53,192 nt of DNA from a bacterium (GCA_021159185.1 JAGGSH010000010.1:1-53192), one strand, 5' to 3'. Positions 29,271-39,236 are shown, counted from the stretch's first letter. Translations and numbers: made by a program. Notes: generated from the letters alone by a model not told the origin.

Positions 29271-30320
29271 TTAAAACTGATCTATAAACCTCAAATCCCC
29301 GGAATAGAATAACCGAATGTCATCAATCTTATACCTCATCATCGCCAGCCTTTCCACGCCAAATCCCCAAGCAAATCCCTGATAACGGTTGCGGGGATAA
29401 CCAACTGCTTCAAAAACGGCTTGATTAACCATCCCCGCCCCTCCGATTTCCAGCCAGCCTGTTCGGGAGCAAGTGGAACATCCTTTTCCGCCGCACACCA
29501 CGCAGCTGATGTCAAATTCAAAGCTTGGCTCGGTAAAAGGAAAAAAGCTCGGTCTTAATCTTACCTTCAACTCTTTTTTGAAAAACCGCGAAAAAAATTC
29601 TTGTCCGATATATTTAAAATGCCCCGCGTTAATATCGTCGCCCGCCACTAAAGCTTCAAACTGGTTAAAAGTATGTTCATGGGACGAATCAGTGGCTTCA
29701 TTGCGGAAACATCTCCCGGGAGCGATAATCCTGAAAGGCGGCTTGTGTTTTTGCATATAACGCGCCTGCACCGGCGAAGTATGCGGGCGCAACAGAATCT
29801 TTTCTCTTAAATTTTGATCTTTGATTTTTGATCTTTGATCTTTGATAAAAAAAGTATCCCACGCGTCCCTGGCTGGATGATTTTTGGGAATATTCAAAGC
29901 GTCAAAGGCGTAAAATTCCGTTTCCACTTCCGGACCGTCGGCGATTTCAAATCCCATGGAAGTAAAAATATCTTCAATTTCATTTTGGACAATTGTCAGC
30001 GGATGGAGATGCCCGCGCTTAATTTTTTTTCCGGGAGCGGTGATATCAATTTTTTCTTTTTCTAAATCAACTTTTGATCTGATTATTTTTTCCGCCTTTT
30101 TAATTTCTTCGTCAATTTCTTTTTTCACGGCGTTAGCCAGCGGTCCGATTTTCTTTTTTTCTTCCAGAGATAAATTTTTCAGGCTTTTTAAAATCTTATT
30201 AAACCCGCTTTTCCGTCCCAAATATTTCACGCGCGAATCAAAAAGCTCTTTCTCGCTTTGAGCTTTTTTAATCTCTCCCGCCGCCCGGGTTTTTATATTT
30301 AATATTTTTTGCTCTAACAT
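29271..30320 (-). CDS. pheS: Phenylalanine-tRNA ligase alpha subunit
   Basis: HPARD, LRPHTSPVQ, FPFTEPS, GFAWGFGVERL. Confidence 0.98.
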   Translation of the reverse strand: MLEQKILNIKTRAAGEIKKAQSEKELFDSRVKYLGRKSGFNKILKSLKNLSLEEKKKIGPLANAVKKEIDEEIKKAEKIIRSKVDLEKEKIDITAPGKKIKRGHLHPLTIVQNEIEDIFTSMGFEIADGPEVETEFYAFDALNIPKNHPARDAWDTFFIKDQRSKIKDQNLREKILLRPHTSPVQARYMQKHKPPFRIIAPGRCFRNEATDSSHEHTFNQFEALVAGDDINAGHFKYIGQEFFSRFFKKELKVRLRPSFFPFTEPSFEFDISCVVCGGKGCSTCSRTGWLEIGGAGMVNQAVFEAVGYPRNRYQGFAWGFGVERLAMMRYKIDDIRLFYSGDLRFIDQF

Positions 30321-30344
30321 AAATTTAGCCTGTTATCTTTACTA

Positions 30345-30429
30345 TGTCATTCCCGCGCAGGCGGGAATCCAGAGTGATTTCTAAAGCTAGCGACTGCATT
30401 CTGGATTCCCGATCAAGTCGGGAATGACA
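30345..30429. repeat. REP/REPIN-like palindrome family B
   Basis: TGTCATTCCCGCGCAGGCGGGAATCCAG-spacer-CTGGATTCCC..GGGAATGACA. Confidence 0.9.
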
Positions 30430-30472
30430 AAATGTGATAGCTATAACAAAAAGGAACTTCATAATTCAATCC

Positions 30473-30580
30473 CTAAAAAACCGCTTTCACAAAATCCTTC
30501 TTCCCGACTTTAATAATAGCCCCGTTATCGCTTTTTTCAATACCGCGCGCCAGTCCGTTTCTTTTTCCCCGTTAATTTCC
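30473..30580 (-). pseudogene. Displaced, diverged copy of the tyrS 3' end
   Basis: Translates (one frameshift) EINGEKETDWRAVLK/KSDNGAIIKVGKKDFVKAVF* versus TyrS SIDGEKITDPNKIL...VVKVGKKDFVKIVF*; 21-bp exact repeat 30485-30505 = 30864-30884. Confidence 0.8.
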
Positions 30581-30602
30581 TCCACTCTAAGAGCATGACT
30601 CT

Positions 30603-30631
30603 ATTGTATTAAAAAAGCTATTTAAAGTCAA
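30603..30631 (-). promoter_or_regulatory. Sigma70-type promoter directed toward pheS
   Basis: TTGACT-17 bp-TACAAT. Confidence 0.65.
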
Positions 30632-30851
30632 AATTAGAAGTGGCATTTTAGAAGCGACATCTTTTTATTGGAAGCAATGTCTTTTTAGGCCGCAAAAACA
30701 AAGCTGTGAAAAATTACATCATTTAGAAACGATCGTTTCTAAATGATGAAAATGATGAAAACAAAAAATAGTAAAGGATAGCGAAATGAAAAATTTTATA
30801 GGGTTAATAAAGTTATAGCGCGAAAGTTTCTAAGTAATTTATTTGTAAAAA

Positions 30852-32051
30852 TTAAAAAACTATTTTCACAAAATCCTTCTTCCCAACCTTGACAACTTTC
30901 CCCGAAAAAGAATCATCCAAAATTTTATTTGGATCTGTTATTTTTTCTCCGTCAATTGAAACTCCACCTTGCTCTATTTTTCTGCGAGCATCAGATTTAC
31001 TTTCAGCTAAGCCAGCACTTATCATATAATCAATGATTGATATTTCAGGCGCAGGACTGGGAAAAGGCGCAACATTATCAGGGATTTTCCTCTCGGAAAA
31101 AGTACTAATAAAATATTCCTTGGCCTTTCGCGCTTCCTCTTGTCCGTGGTAAATTTTCACAATTTCTTCCGCCAATTTAATTTTAGCGTCGCGGGGATTT
31201 ATTTTTTCATCTTTCATTCCATCCTCCATCTTTCTGATTTCGTCCATAGAAATTCGCGTGCAATGGATAAAATATTTGATAATTAGTTCATCGCCCATAC
31301 TCATAATTTTGCCTAGCATTTCATTGGGTTCGTCCAGTAAATTTACAGTATTGCCCCAACTGGAACTCATTTTTCTGCCGTCCGTTCCTTCTATCAAATT
31401 AACCATCAAAATATCCTGCGGTTTTTGTTTATAAGTCCGTTGCATTTCTCTCCCCGATAACAAATTAAAACGCTGGTCAGTTCCGCCAATTTCCAAATCC
31501 GCTTCCACGGCGACGCTGTCATATCCTTGCATAAGCGGATATAATAATTCTCTAAGCGATATACGGCTATCATCTTTCAATCTTTTTTTAATATTATCTC
31601 TGGCGATAAATTCCGCTAAAGAAAAAATGTCAGCTTGCTTGGAAATTTCCTCATAATCAAGATTTTTTAGCCACTCGGAGTTGCGATGGAATTTCACTTT
31701 GTCTACATCCAATATTTTTCCTATTTGATCTTTGTAAGTTTTCAAATTTTTCTCAACAGTTTTCTTTTCAAGTATCGGCCGTTCACTTTCTTTGTCTGAA
31801 CTATCTCCTATTACCCCCGTAAAATCGCCGATAATAATCACTATTTTATGTCCCAGTTCCTGTAAATCTTTTAATTTAAGCAAAGCAATTGCCCGACCCA
31901 AATGCAAATATGGGCTAGTCGGATCAATGCCGAATTTTATTCTAAGCTTTTCACCGCTTAAGAGCCGCTCCTTAAGATGATCTTTTTTGATCACTTCGTT
32001 CACTCCCCGCGTCAAAATCTCGTCAATTTTATTTTCCAAATCTTTATTCAT
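30852..32051 (-). CDS. tyrS: Tyrosine-tRNA ligase
   Basis: GIDPT..HLGR, YPLMQGYD, GGTDQRFN, KMSSS, C-terminal S4-like domain. Confidence 0.98.
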   Translation of the reverse strand: MNKDLENKIDEILTRGVNEVIKKDHLKERLLSGEKLRIKFGIDPTSPYLHLGRAIALLKLKDLQELGHKIVIIIGDFTGVIGDSSDKESERPILEKKTVEKNLKTYKDQIGKILDVDKVKFHRNSEWLKNLDYEEISKQADIFSLAEFIARDNIKKRLKDDSRISLRELLYPLMQGYDSVAVEADLEIGGTDQRFNLLSGREMQRTYKQKPQDILMVNLIEGTDGRKMSSSWGNTVNLLDEPNEMLGKIMSMGDELIIKYFIHCTRISMDEIRKMEDGMKDEKINPRDAKIKLAEEIVKIYHGQEEARKAKEYFISTFSERKIPDNVAPFPSPAPEISIIDYMISAGLAESKSDARRKIEQGGVSIDGEKITDPNKILDDSFSGKVVKVGKKDFVKIVF

Positions 32052-32073
32052 AATTTAATCATACCAACAGAAA

Positions 32074-33003
32074 TTACTTTTTGCCAATTTTATATTCATA
32101 GCTGCTTACCAGCAGTGCTGACGCCACATAAATTGAGGAGTAAGTTCCGAAAACTATTCCCGCCAGAAGAGCCACAGAGAAAAATTTAATGGTTTCTCCT
32201 CCAAAAAATATTACCGCCAGAAGAACAACAACTACGGTTAAGGATGTGTTGATTGATCGCGCCAGCGTTTCGTTAATTGACTTATTGACGATATTTTCAA
32301 AATTTTCTTTGGCTCCGGAACGCAAAATATTTTCGCGGATTCTATCATAAACCACAATAGTATCATTGACAGAATATCCTAGAATGGTAAGCAGGGCCGC
32401 TATGAAAGGAATGCCTATTTCCACTTCCCAGAAATGTCCCAAGATAACAAATACTCCTAGAGTGATAATAATATCGTGAGCCAGAGCCATCACGGCGCCC
32501 AGTCCGTATTGCCATGACGGAATGGGATAAGAAACTTTGCGAAATGCCCAGGCGATATAAAGAGCGATGGCGATTACGGCTAAAATTATTGCCATTAAAG
32601 CATTTTCTTTTATTTGTTCGGAAATTGACGCGCCGATAAAATCAACTCTTAACTGCTTCGTGTTTTCGTCAAGCTCTCTAAGATTTTCAACTACTTTTTC
32701 ATTTAACTCTTCGTCCGAAGCCATATAGCGCAAAATAACTGTGTTATTTTCCGAAAGCTGGACAGTAAGACTATTAAGATTTAATTCCGCAAGTTTATCC
32801 TGAATCTCCTGACTAGACGGAATTTGAAATTCTTTTTCCGCTTCTTCCGTCTTATTTGCTCCAAACTGAACTTCCATCAGCGTCCCACCCTTAAAATCAA
32901 TTCCCAGCTTTAGTCCCCAAATAAATAAAACGGCAACGCTCAAAACAACCAACGCCACTGAAAGAATATAAGTATATTTTCTTTTGCTAATTATCTGCAG
33001 CAT
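32074..33003 (-). CDS. secF: Protein translocase subunit SecF
   Basis: LGIDFKGGT, GYSVNDTIVVYDRIRE, GTYSSIY. Confidence 0.97.
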   Translation of the reverse strand: MLQIISKRKYTYILSVALVVLSVAVLFIWGLKLGIDFKGGTLMEVQFGANKTEEAEKEFQIPSSQEIQDKLAELNLNSLTVQLSENNTVILRYMASDEELNEKVVENLRELDENTKQLRVDFIGASISEQIKENALMAIILAVIAIALYIAWAFRKVSYPIPSWQYGLGAVMALAHDIIITLGVFVILGHFWEVEIGIPFIAALLTILGYSVNDTIVVYDRIRENILRSGAKENFENIVNKSINETLARSINTSLTVVVVLLAVIFFGGETIKFFSVALLAGIVFGTYSSIYVASALLVSSYEYKIGKK

Positions 33004-33015
33004 AAATTATGTATA

Positions 33016-33101
33016 TGTCATTCCCGCGCGGGCGGGAATCCAGAGTAATTTCTGAAAGCCAGCGATTTTATCCTGGATTCCCAGTCAAGCTGGGAATGAC
33101 A
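33016..33101. repeat. REP/REPIN-like palindrome family B
   Basis: Same termini and related spacer; fills the secD-secF gap. Confidence 0.9.
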
Positions 33102-33109
33102 CAAAAAAC

Positions 33110-34897
33110 TTATTCTAATTTATTCTTAACTCGCGAATTACTAATTAACCAAAATCTCTTTTCCAGCCATTCTCCTATCACAAATCTCAAAATAGCTTTC
33201 ACCAAAACAATCGCCGCAAACATTGACATTAAAACTCCGATAACTAAAATGATCGCGAAGCCCTTAACAAATCCCGTCCCCAACCAGATTAAAATAAATG
33301 AAGTTATAATGGTAGAAAAATTTCCGTCCCGAATACTGGGCCAGGCCCGGCGAAAACCTTCCTCTATGGCTCCGCTTAAACTGCGGCCATTTTTTAATTC
33401 CTCTTTAGTCCTTTCAAAAATTAAAATATTGGCGTCCACCGCCATTCCTACTGACAAAACAAACCCGGCGATTCCCGACAAGGTTAGCGTAATCGGCCAC
33501 GGAGATAAAAATCCGGACAGTTTAAAAATGGAAACCATCATTCCCGCGTAAATCAAAAGAGCTGCAGCTGCCACTAATCCTAAAAATCTATAATAAGCGA
33601 TCATAAAAATCATCACCAGCAGAAGCCCCGCCGCGCCGGCTTTTAAACTTTTTTGCAATGACTGCATTCCCAGCGACGCTTCCACGCTTTGCTGGGAAAT
33701 TAAAGTTATGGGAACGGGCAGCGCGCCTTCATTAAGGCGGCCCGCCAGTTTTTTAGCTTCGTCCAGTTTAAAATTTCCTGTGATGACCGCTTCCCCGTTG
33801 GTAATTTCCGACTGCACCGTGGGAGCGCTGATTATCGCGTTATCCAAATAAATGGCTACTGTTTTATTTAAATTCCTCTTGGTGATATCCGCGAAAAGTT
33901 TAGATCCTTCCCCGTCAAATTTAAGCGACACTTGCGGTTCGCTTAATCCCTGATCGCGAAAAACCACGCTGGCGCTTTCCAAATTCTTCCCCGTAAGGTC
34001 GGTAGATTTATATTTCAACTCCGGGAACATTTCTACGCTGCTTTTGGCAAAAAGAATATGCCGAGCGTGAATTTCTAATTCGCTTTCCTCGCTTTCTAGA
34101 GAAAGTTGCTGTTCTTCCACGCTATTTTCTTCTGTTGTTTCTTCTGGCTCTGTCTTATCTTCCGCCTCGCTCATTCTCTCTTCTACTTTTTTAATTATAT
34201 GCCAGCCAAATTGCGTTTCCACCAATTCCGGATAAATTTCCCCGTCTTTTAAATCGCTTTCAAACAAAACTTTATCAAACTCCGGCACAAAAGTTCCTTT
34301 TTTGGCAAAACCCAGATCGCCTCCGTCATCCCTGCTCCCGGGATCCTGGCTGTATTCTTTAGCCAGCTCTTCAAAATTTTCTCCACTCTTGGCTTTTTCC
34401 AAAATTTCTTCCGCCTGTTTTTTGGCTTGTTCGTTCATCGGCGCCAGCATTTTTTCCGCTTCTTTCATTTCTTCCTCGCTCTTTTCTTCTTTAAATTCCA
34501 AAAAAGGAGTTTCCTTGATTGTTTTCTTGGCATCCTCAATATCTTTTATGCCCGGCAGTTCCACAATAATGCGATGTTCTCCGCCGGACAAAGCTGTTTG
34601 CACCAGCGGTTCGCCTACGCCGAAAGCGTTTACCCGCCTTTCAATAACATCCTGCGCCGCTTGCAAAGCCTCACTCACTTTATCGCCGTCAATATTGGAA
34701 ACATCCGCTTTGTATTCCAGATGGATTCCGCCCTGCAAATCCAGCCCCAGATTTATTTTTAATTTATTCAGCGCGCCATAAACCGGCGGGATGAATTTTA
34801 CCGTCCGCGGATAAGAAATCAGCCCCGCCGCCAGAGCTAATGCTGCGACCAAAATAAATTTTATTCTCACTTTCTGCCTGATATTCATAATCCTCAT
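33110..34897 (-). CDS. secD: Protein translocase subunit SecD with inserted parvulin-type PPIase domain
   Basis: LGLDLQGG, IERRVNAFGVGEP, GMAVDANILIFER; insert contains YSQDPGS..GGDLG..VETQFGWHIIK. Confidence 0.95.
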   Translation of the reverse strand: MRIMNIRQKVRIKFILVAALALAAGLISYPRTVKFIPPVYGALNKLKINLGLDLQGGIHLEYKADVSNIDGDKVSEALQAAQDVIERRVNAFGVGEPLVQTALSGGEHRIIVELPGIKDIEDAKKTIKETPFLEFKEEKSEEEMKEAEKMLAPMNEQAKKQAEEILEKAKSGENFEELAKEYSQDPGSRDDGGDLGFAKKGTFVPEFDKVLFESDLKDGEIYPELVETQFGWHIIKKVEERMSEAEDKTEPEETTEENSVEEQQLSLESEESELEIHARHILFAKSSVEMFPELKYKSTDLTGKNLESASVVFRDQGLSEPQVSLKFDGEGSKLFADITKRNLNKTVAIYLDNAIISAPTVQSEITNGEAVITGNFKLDEAKKLAGRLNEGALPVPITLISQQSVEASLGMQSLQKSLKAGAAGLLLVMIFMIAYYRFLGLVAAAALLIYAGMMVSIFKLSGFLSPWPITLTLSGIAGFVLSVGMAVDANILIFERTKEELKNGRSLSGAIEEGFRRAWPSIRDGNFSTIITSFILIWLGTGFVKGFAIILVIGVLMSMFAAIVLVKAILRFVIGEWLEKRFWLISNSRVKNKLE

Positions 34898-34942
34898 TAT
34901 AGTTTAGCTATCTTAATTTGGCAAACGAGGAATTAGGAAAAA

Positions 34943-34972
34943 TTGACTTGTTTGCCGAAAATAATATACACT
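34943..34972 (+). promoter_or_regulatory. Sigma70-type promoter of prfA, probably leaderless
   Basis: TTGACT-18 bp-TACACT ending 6 nt before ATG 34979; no Shine-Dalgarno. Confidence 0.55.
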
Positions 34973-34978
34973 AAAAAT

Positions 34979-36055
34979 ATGAAACAGCCAGTAAAAAAAA
35001 TTAAAAAAGAATACGAAAAAATAATTCAACAACTTAGCTCCTCTGAGATTTTTGATGATGCCCAAAAAATGGCGAAGTTGAAAAAAAGGCAGTCGGAGCT
35101 GGAAGGAATTATTCAAACTATCAATGATTTGGAAAGAATTGAACGCGAAATAAAAGAAAACGCCCAAATAATTAATACTGAAAAAGATTCGGAAATAAAA
35201 CAGATGGCTATGAATGAAAATGTAAAACTCTCCGCCAGAAAAGAAAAACTGGAAAAAGATTTGGAAATGGCGCTTATTCCCAAAGATCCCAATGATTCAA
35301 AAAATATAATTATGGAAATCAGAGCGGGAGCCGGAGGAGACGAATCAGCGCTTTTTGCCGCCGACCTTTTCAGAATGTATTCCAAATACGCTGAAAAAAA
35401 CAACTGGAAAATAACGGCACTTAACGCCCACCGCATCGGGATTGGGGGATTTAAGGAAATCATTTTTGAAGTAAACAGCTTATCCGCCAATTCTCCCGTT
35501 TATCAAAAAATGAAATACGAATCCGGCGTGCATCGGGTGCAAAGAATTCCCGAAACGGAAAAGTCGGGAAGAATCCATACTTCCACCGCCACTGTCGCCG
35601 TGCTTCCCCAAACGGAAGAAACGGAATTTAAAATTGATTCTAAAGACCTCCGCATTGACACTTTCGCCTCTTCGGGACCCGGAGGGCAATCCGTCAACAC
35701 CACTAACAGCGCGGTAAGGATAACGCACATCCCGACTGGAACAACGGTTTCTTGCCAAGACGAGAAATCCCAATTAAAAAACAAGGATAAAGCTATGAAA
35801 GTTCTCCGTTCCCGCCTAGCTCAAGCGGAAAAGGAAAAAAAGATTAAGGAAATCGGCGATACGCGCCGCGGGCAGATTGGCACGGGCGACCGCAGTGAAA
35901 AAATCCGCACTTATAATTTTCCCCAGGACCGCGTTACCGACCATCGCATAAAAAAATCCTGGAGCAATTTGGAAAATATTTTGGCAGGAAATTTAGATGA
36001 TATTATTCAATCGCTTCAAGAAGAGGAATTAAAAAGAAAAACTTCAGAATCTTAA
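34979..36055 (+). CDS. prfA: Peptide chain release factor 1
   Basis: [20 protein letters not shown] (PxT), GGQ motif, [10 protein letters not shown]. Confidence 0.97.
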   Translation: MKQPVKKIKKEYEKIIQQLSSSEIFDDAQKMAKLKKRQSELEGIIQTINDLERIEREIKENAQIINTEKDSEIKQMAMNENVKLSARKEKLEKDLEMALIPKDPNDSKNIIMEIRAGAGGDESALFAADLFRMYSKYAEKNNWKITALNAHRIGIGGFKEIIFEVNSLSANSPVYQKMKYESGVHRVQRIPETEKSGRIHTSTATVAVLPQTEETEFKIDSKDLRIDTFASSGPGGQSVNTTNSAVRITHIPTGTTVSCQDEKSQLKNKDKAMKVLRSRLAQAEKEKKIKEIGDTRRGQIGTGDRSEKIRTYNFPQDRVTDHRIKKSWSNLENILAGNLDDIIQSLQEEELKRKTSES

Positions 36056-36082
36056 TTTTATTGAATTGCAAGATTCTCTTTA

Positions 36083-36166
36083 TGTCATTCCCGCGAAAGC
36101 GGGAATCTAGAGTAATTTCTAACACTAGCGATTTTATCCTGGATTCCCGCCTGCGCGGGAATGACA
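36083..36166. repeat. REP/REPIN-like palindrome family B
   Basis: TGTCATTCCCGCGAAAGCGGGAATCTAG...CTGGATTCCCGCCTGCGCGGGAATGACA. Confidence 0.9.
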
Positions 36167-36221
36167 TAAAAGCAAAGATGATAAAAAAATAATATGCTTC
36201 GCAATTCAAAGAAAATTAACC

Positions 36222-37223
36222 ATGCCAGCCATTAAAAACATCCAACAAAAATATTTCTCTAAAATATCTCCATCCGACTTGGAGATTTTAATTTCTCACG
36301 CCATAAAAAAGCCCAAGGAATTTATCTTAGCTCATCCGGAATATAAGCTATCGCCGAATCAAGAATTAAGAATTAAGAATTACGCGAAGAGAAGAATTAA
36401 GCGTGAGCCAATTGCTTATATTACTAAGCATAAAGAATTTTACGGGCTGGATTTTAAAGTCAACAAAAATGTTTTAATCCCCCGTCCGGAGACGGAAGCT
36501 CTGCCAGAGCTTGCAATTAGTAATTTGCCTGCCTACTTGCCTTGCCGGCAGGCAGACCGGACAGGCAGGCAACTCGTAGTTTGGAAAAATAAAAAAATAG
36601 TGATTGCGGATATTGGCACAGGATCCGGAAACATTATTATTTCTGTTGCGAAAAATCTAGATTCCCTGCCTCGCCGGCCCGCTTCGCCGAATCGAGGCGA
36701 GCAGGCAGGCCGCCTGCGCGGGAATGACAATATTAAATTTTACGCTTCTGATATTTCTAAAAAAGCTCTGCAACTCGCCTGCCAAAACGCCAAGAAACAT
36801 AAAGTGGATAAAAAAATAAAATTCCTGCAAGGCAACTTATTAAAACCCCTTATGGATAAAAAAATATTGTTCATTGATCATTGTTCATTGATTATTGTTG
36901 CCAACCTTCCCTATCTCTCAAAAAAAATTTACGATTCCGCTCCCGCCGACATAAAAAAATACGAACCCAAATCCGCGCTCTACAGTTCTGAGGAAGGATT
37001 GAAGCATTACAAAAAACTATTTCAGCAAATTAAATCCCTAGTTACTAATTACCAGTTACCGGTTACTGTATTCCTAGAATTCAGTCCGGAGCAAAAAAAT
37101 AAACTGGCTAAACTAATCAGAAATTATTTTCCCCAGTCAAAAACGATATTCCATAAAGATTTGGCCGGAAAATGGAGAGTATGCGTAATTAACATTACGC
37201 TTGAAAAACGGGCATTTGTCTAG
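36222..37223 (+). CDS. prmC: Release factor glutamine methyltransferase, carrying several in-frame repeat insertions
   Basis: VLIPRPETE, DIGTGSG, ANLPY; directly follows prfA. Confidence 0.93.
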   Translation: MPAIKNIQQKYFSKISPSDLEILISHAIKKPKEFILAHPEYKLSPNQELRIKNYAKRRIKREPIAYITKHKEFYGLDFKVNKNVLIPRPETEALPELAISNLPAYLPCRQADRTGRQLVVWKNKKIVIADIGTGSGNIIISVAKNLDSLPRRPASPNRGEQAGRLRGNDNIKFYASDISKKALQLACQNAKKHKVDKKIKFLQGNLLKPLMDKKILFIDHCSLIIVANLPYLSKKIYDSAPADIKKYEPKSALYSSEEGLKHYKKLFQQIKSLVTNYQLPVTVFLEFSPEQKNKLAKLIRNYFPQSKTIFHKDLAGKWRVCVINITLEKRAFV

Positions 37224-37252
37224 TTGACGCTTAAAAATAGTCGCGGTAAAAT
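37224..37252 (+). promoter_or_regulatory. Sigma70-type promoter
   Basis: TTGACG-17 bp-TAAAAT; strong AAGGAAGGTG RBS before 37350. Confidence 0.7.
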
Positions 37253-37349
37253 TATAAAATAATACGGATCGGCTTCAACGAAAGCAGTCCTTTAACAATT
37301 AAAAACCCTCGCTTTAAAAAGCGCGGTCTAGAAAGGAAGGTGACATTAA

Positions 37350-38012
37350 ATGGAAGACGATTTAAATGAAAATCAGGAAAGCGGAACAGATGCCGTAAAA
37401 AAGTGGATACAGGATAATCTTCGCATTATTATCAGCGTCGTTATCGTAATTGTTATCGCCGGCGGGATTTATTCTTATTCCAAGAGATCCGAAACTCCGG
37501 CGGAAGTCGCTGATATGCAAGCCAGCGATTTGGAGCAGCTGATAGAAGAGGAAGATTCTATGGAAGATGGAGAAACCGAAACAACAGAAACAGACGGTGA
37601 AGAAGAAACCACGGATGAAGAAGAAATCGCTGAAACTGAAAAAGCCGGAGAGGCCGGAGAAAAAGTTGAAGCGGAGAAAGAGCAAGTTACTTCCGTTGCC
37701 ACCAGCAAAGAGACTGAAAAATCTTTTATTGAAAGCGCCCAAAAAGGAGAAGGCGTTACTCATCTGGCTCGCCGAGCGCTATCCGATTATTTGGAAAAAA
37801 GCGCTGACTCCGAGCTTACAGCGGAACATAAAATCTATATAGAGGATTACCTTCGCAAGAAAGTGGATTTTAACGAAAGAGTCTTTGTTGGAACAACGGT
37901 AGAATTTTCCAAAGATTTAGTCAAAGAAGCTATCGCCGAATCCAAAAATCTTAATGACGCTCAACTCAAGAATCTTCACAAATACGCCATCCTAGTCCCA
38001 TCTCTGTCATAG
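37350..38012 (+). CDS. Membrane-anchored hypothetical protein with acidic linker
   Basis: Single TM helix, E/T-rich linker, C-terminal AQKGEGVTHLARRAL (LysM-like start). Confidence 0.75.
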   Translation: MEDDLNENQESGTDAVKKWIQDNLRIIISVVIVIVIAGGIYSYSKRSETPAEVADMQASDLEQLIEEEDSMEDGETETTETDGEEETTDEEEIAETEKAGEAGEKVEAEKEQVTSVATSKETEKSFIESAQKGEGVTHLARRALSDYLEKSADSELTAEHKIYIEDYLRKKVDFNERVFVGTTVEFSKDLVKEAIAESKNLNDAQLKNLHKYAILVPSLS

Positions 38013-38068
38013 AACGGATATTCTATATCCCATAAACACAAATAAAATTCTACTGTTCTTTTATATAA

Positions 38069-38105
38069 CAAACTCCCGCCATAACAATGGCGGGAGTTTG
38101 TGTTT
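38069..38105 (+). terminator. Intrinsic terminator
   Basis: CAAACTCCCGCCAT-AACA-ATGGCGGGAGTTTG followed by a T-rich run. Confidence 0.75.
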
Positions 38106-38277
38106 TAAATATTTTAAGGCTTTCGTAATTACGGGCGTAATTACACTTTGAAAGCTGCGCCTCTTATTTTTTCAATAAAAAAATTTATCTACCATTAAGT
38201 CACGATCGTGAGCTAGTGGTATATAAAAATGCGAAATAAAAAAAGCCCAGACATTAAAGTCCGAGCTATCGTAATTT

Positions 38278-38676
38278 TCACAAGAAAGCGAAAAGAGCTT
38301 GTGGCAATAATTCCTGGACAACCATTCGCAACTGTTCTAGCTTAAATGGCTTTTTCAAAAACCTGTCGGCTCCAGCCTCTTTAGCTATTCTTTCTGCGAC
38401 TTTTTCTCCGCTCATCATTATAACCTTAATTTCCGGATATTCTCCCTTTACTTTTTCTAACAGAGTTCTTCCGTCCATTTTAGGCATTTCGAGATCTGTT
38501 ATTAAAAGATCTATTATTGACCCACACTCCTCCATGAATTGCCACGCAATCTCTCCATCCTCAAAAGCTACTATTACTATTTCATAATTATCATATTCCT
38601 CCTCCCCTAAAAAATCAGCTATGAGTTTTCTAATATCATTATCATCATCAACCACAACTATACCTCTTACTTCCAT
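38278..38676 (-). CDS. Stand-alone response regulator receiver (CheY-like)
   Basis: VVVDDD, LLITDLEMPKMDG, MMSG, FLKKPF; GAAGGAGG RBS before ATG 38676. Confidence 0.9.
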   Translation of the reverse strand: MEVRGIVVVDDDNDIRKLIADFLGEEEYDNYEIVIVAFEDGEIAWQFMEECGSIIDLLITDLEMPKMDGRTLLEKVKGEYPEIKVIMMSGEKVAERIAKEAGADRFLKKPFKLEQLRMVVQELLPQALFAFL

Positions 38677-38704
38677 TGAACTATCCTCCTTCAAAGTTTT
38701 TTGT

Positions 38705-39160
38705 TTAATAAGAAATTTTGTCTCCTTTTTTAATCCCGCATTTTTTTGCCGTTCCGGCGTTGAGTTCCAATACCTTGTCAGCTAAAACATGAGAATTTAT
38801 TTCTCCTTTAAAATTGCAAGGAACATCCTTAATAACTGAAACCACATTATCATCTGAAATCCAAATAATGCCAAGGGGGAATTTCATATCACGCATACAA
38901 AAAGGGTATTCGCCTTTTTCATGAAATTCAAAAAGCATTCCGCAGTTTTGGCATATCTTTTCCCTTTTTCCCAGCCCTAAAAATCTTTCTTGCGGAGTAT
39001 CGGCTATTTCCACTTTGAATTTGCAGTTGTTTATGCGAATATAATTCACGCTATTGTCAGAAGTACTTTGCCTATTAAAAAAATATAAAGCGGTTATAAA
39101 AAACAAGATTATAATTAGCATAACCGCTACGGACAGACTGGATTTGGATTTGTAAAACAT
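38705..39160 (-). CDS. DUF192 family protein
   Basis: VEIADTPQERFLGL..GMLF..MRDMKFPL..VLELNAG. Confidence 0.9.
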   Translation of the reverse strand: MFYKSKSSLSVAVMLIIILFFITALYFFNRQSTSDNSVNYIRINNCKFKVEIADTPQERFLGLGKREKICQNCGMLFEFHEKGEYPFCMRDMKFPLGIIWISDDNVVSVIKDVPCNFKGEINSHVLADKVLELNAGTAKKCGIKKGDKISY

Positions 39161-39236
39161 CTTAATCTTATTATTAATACTTCACATAAAACATAAAAAA
39201 ACTCCCTCAAATTAAAGCTAAGAAGTTATCTGCAAT

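Noticed and set aside
37261-37345. Riboswitch or ncRNA in the ~90-nt leader
   Set aside because: Only weak hairpins; no recognisable family consensus
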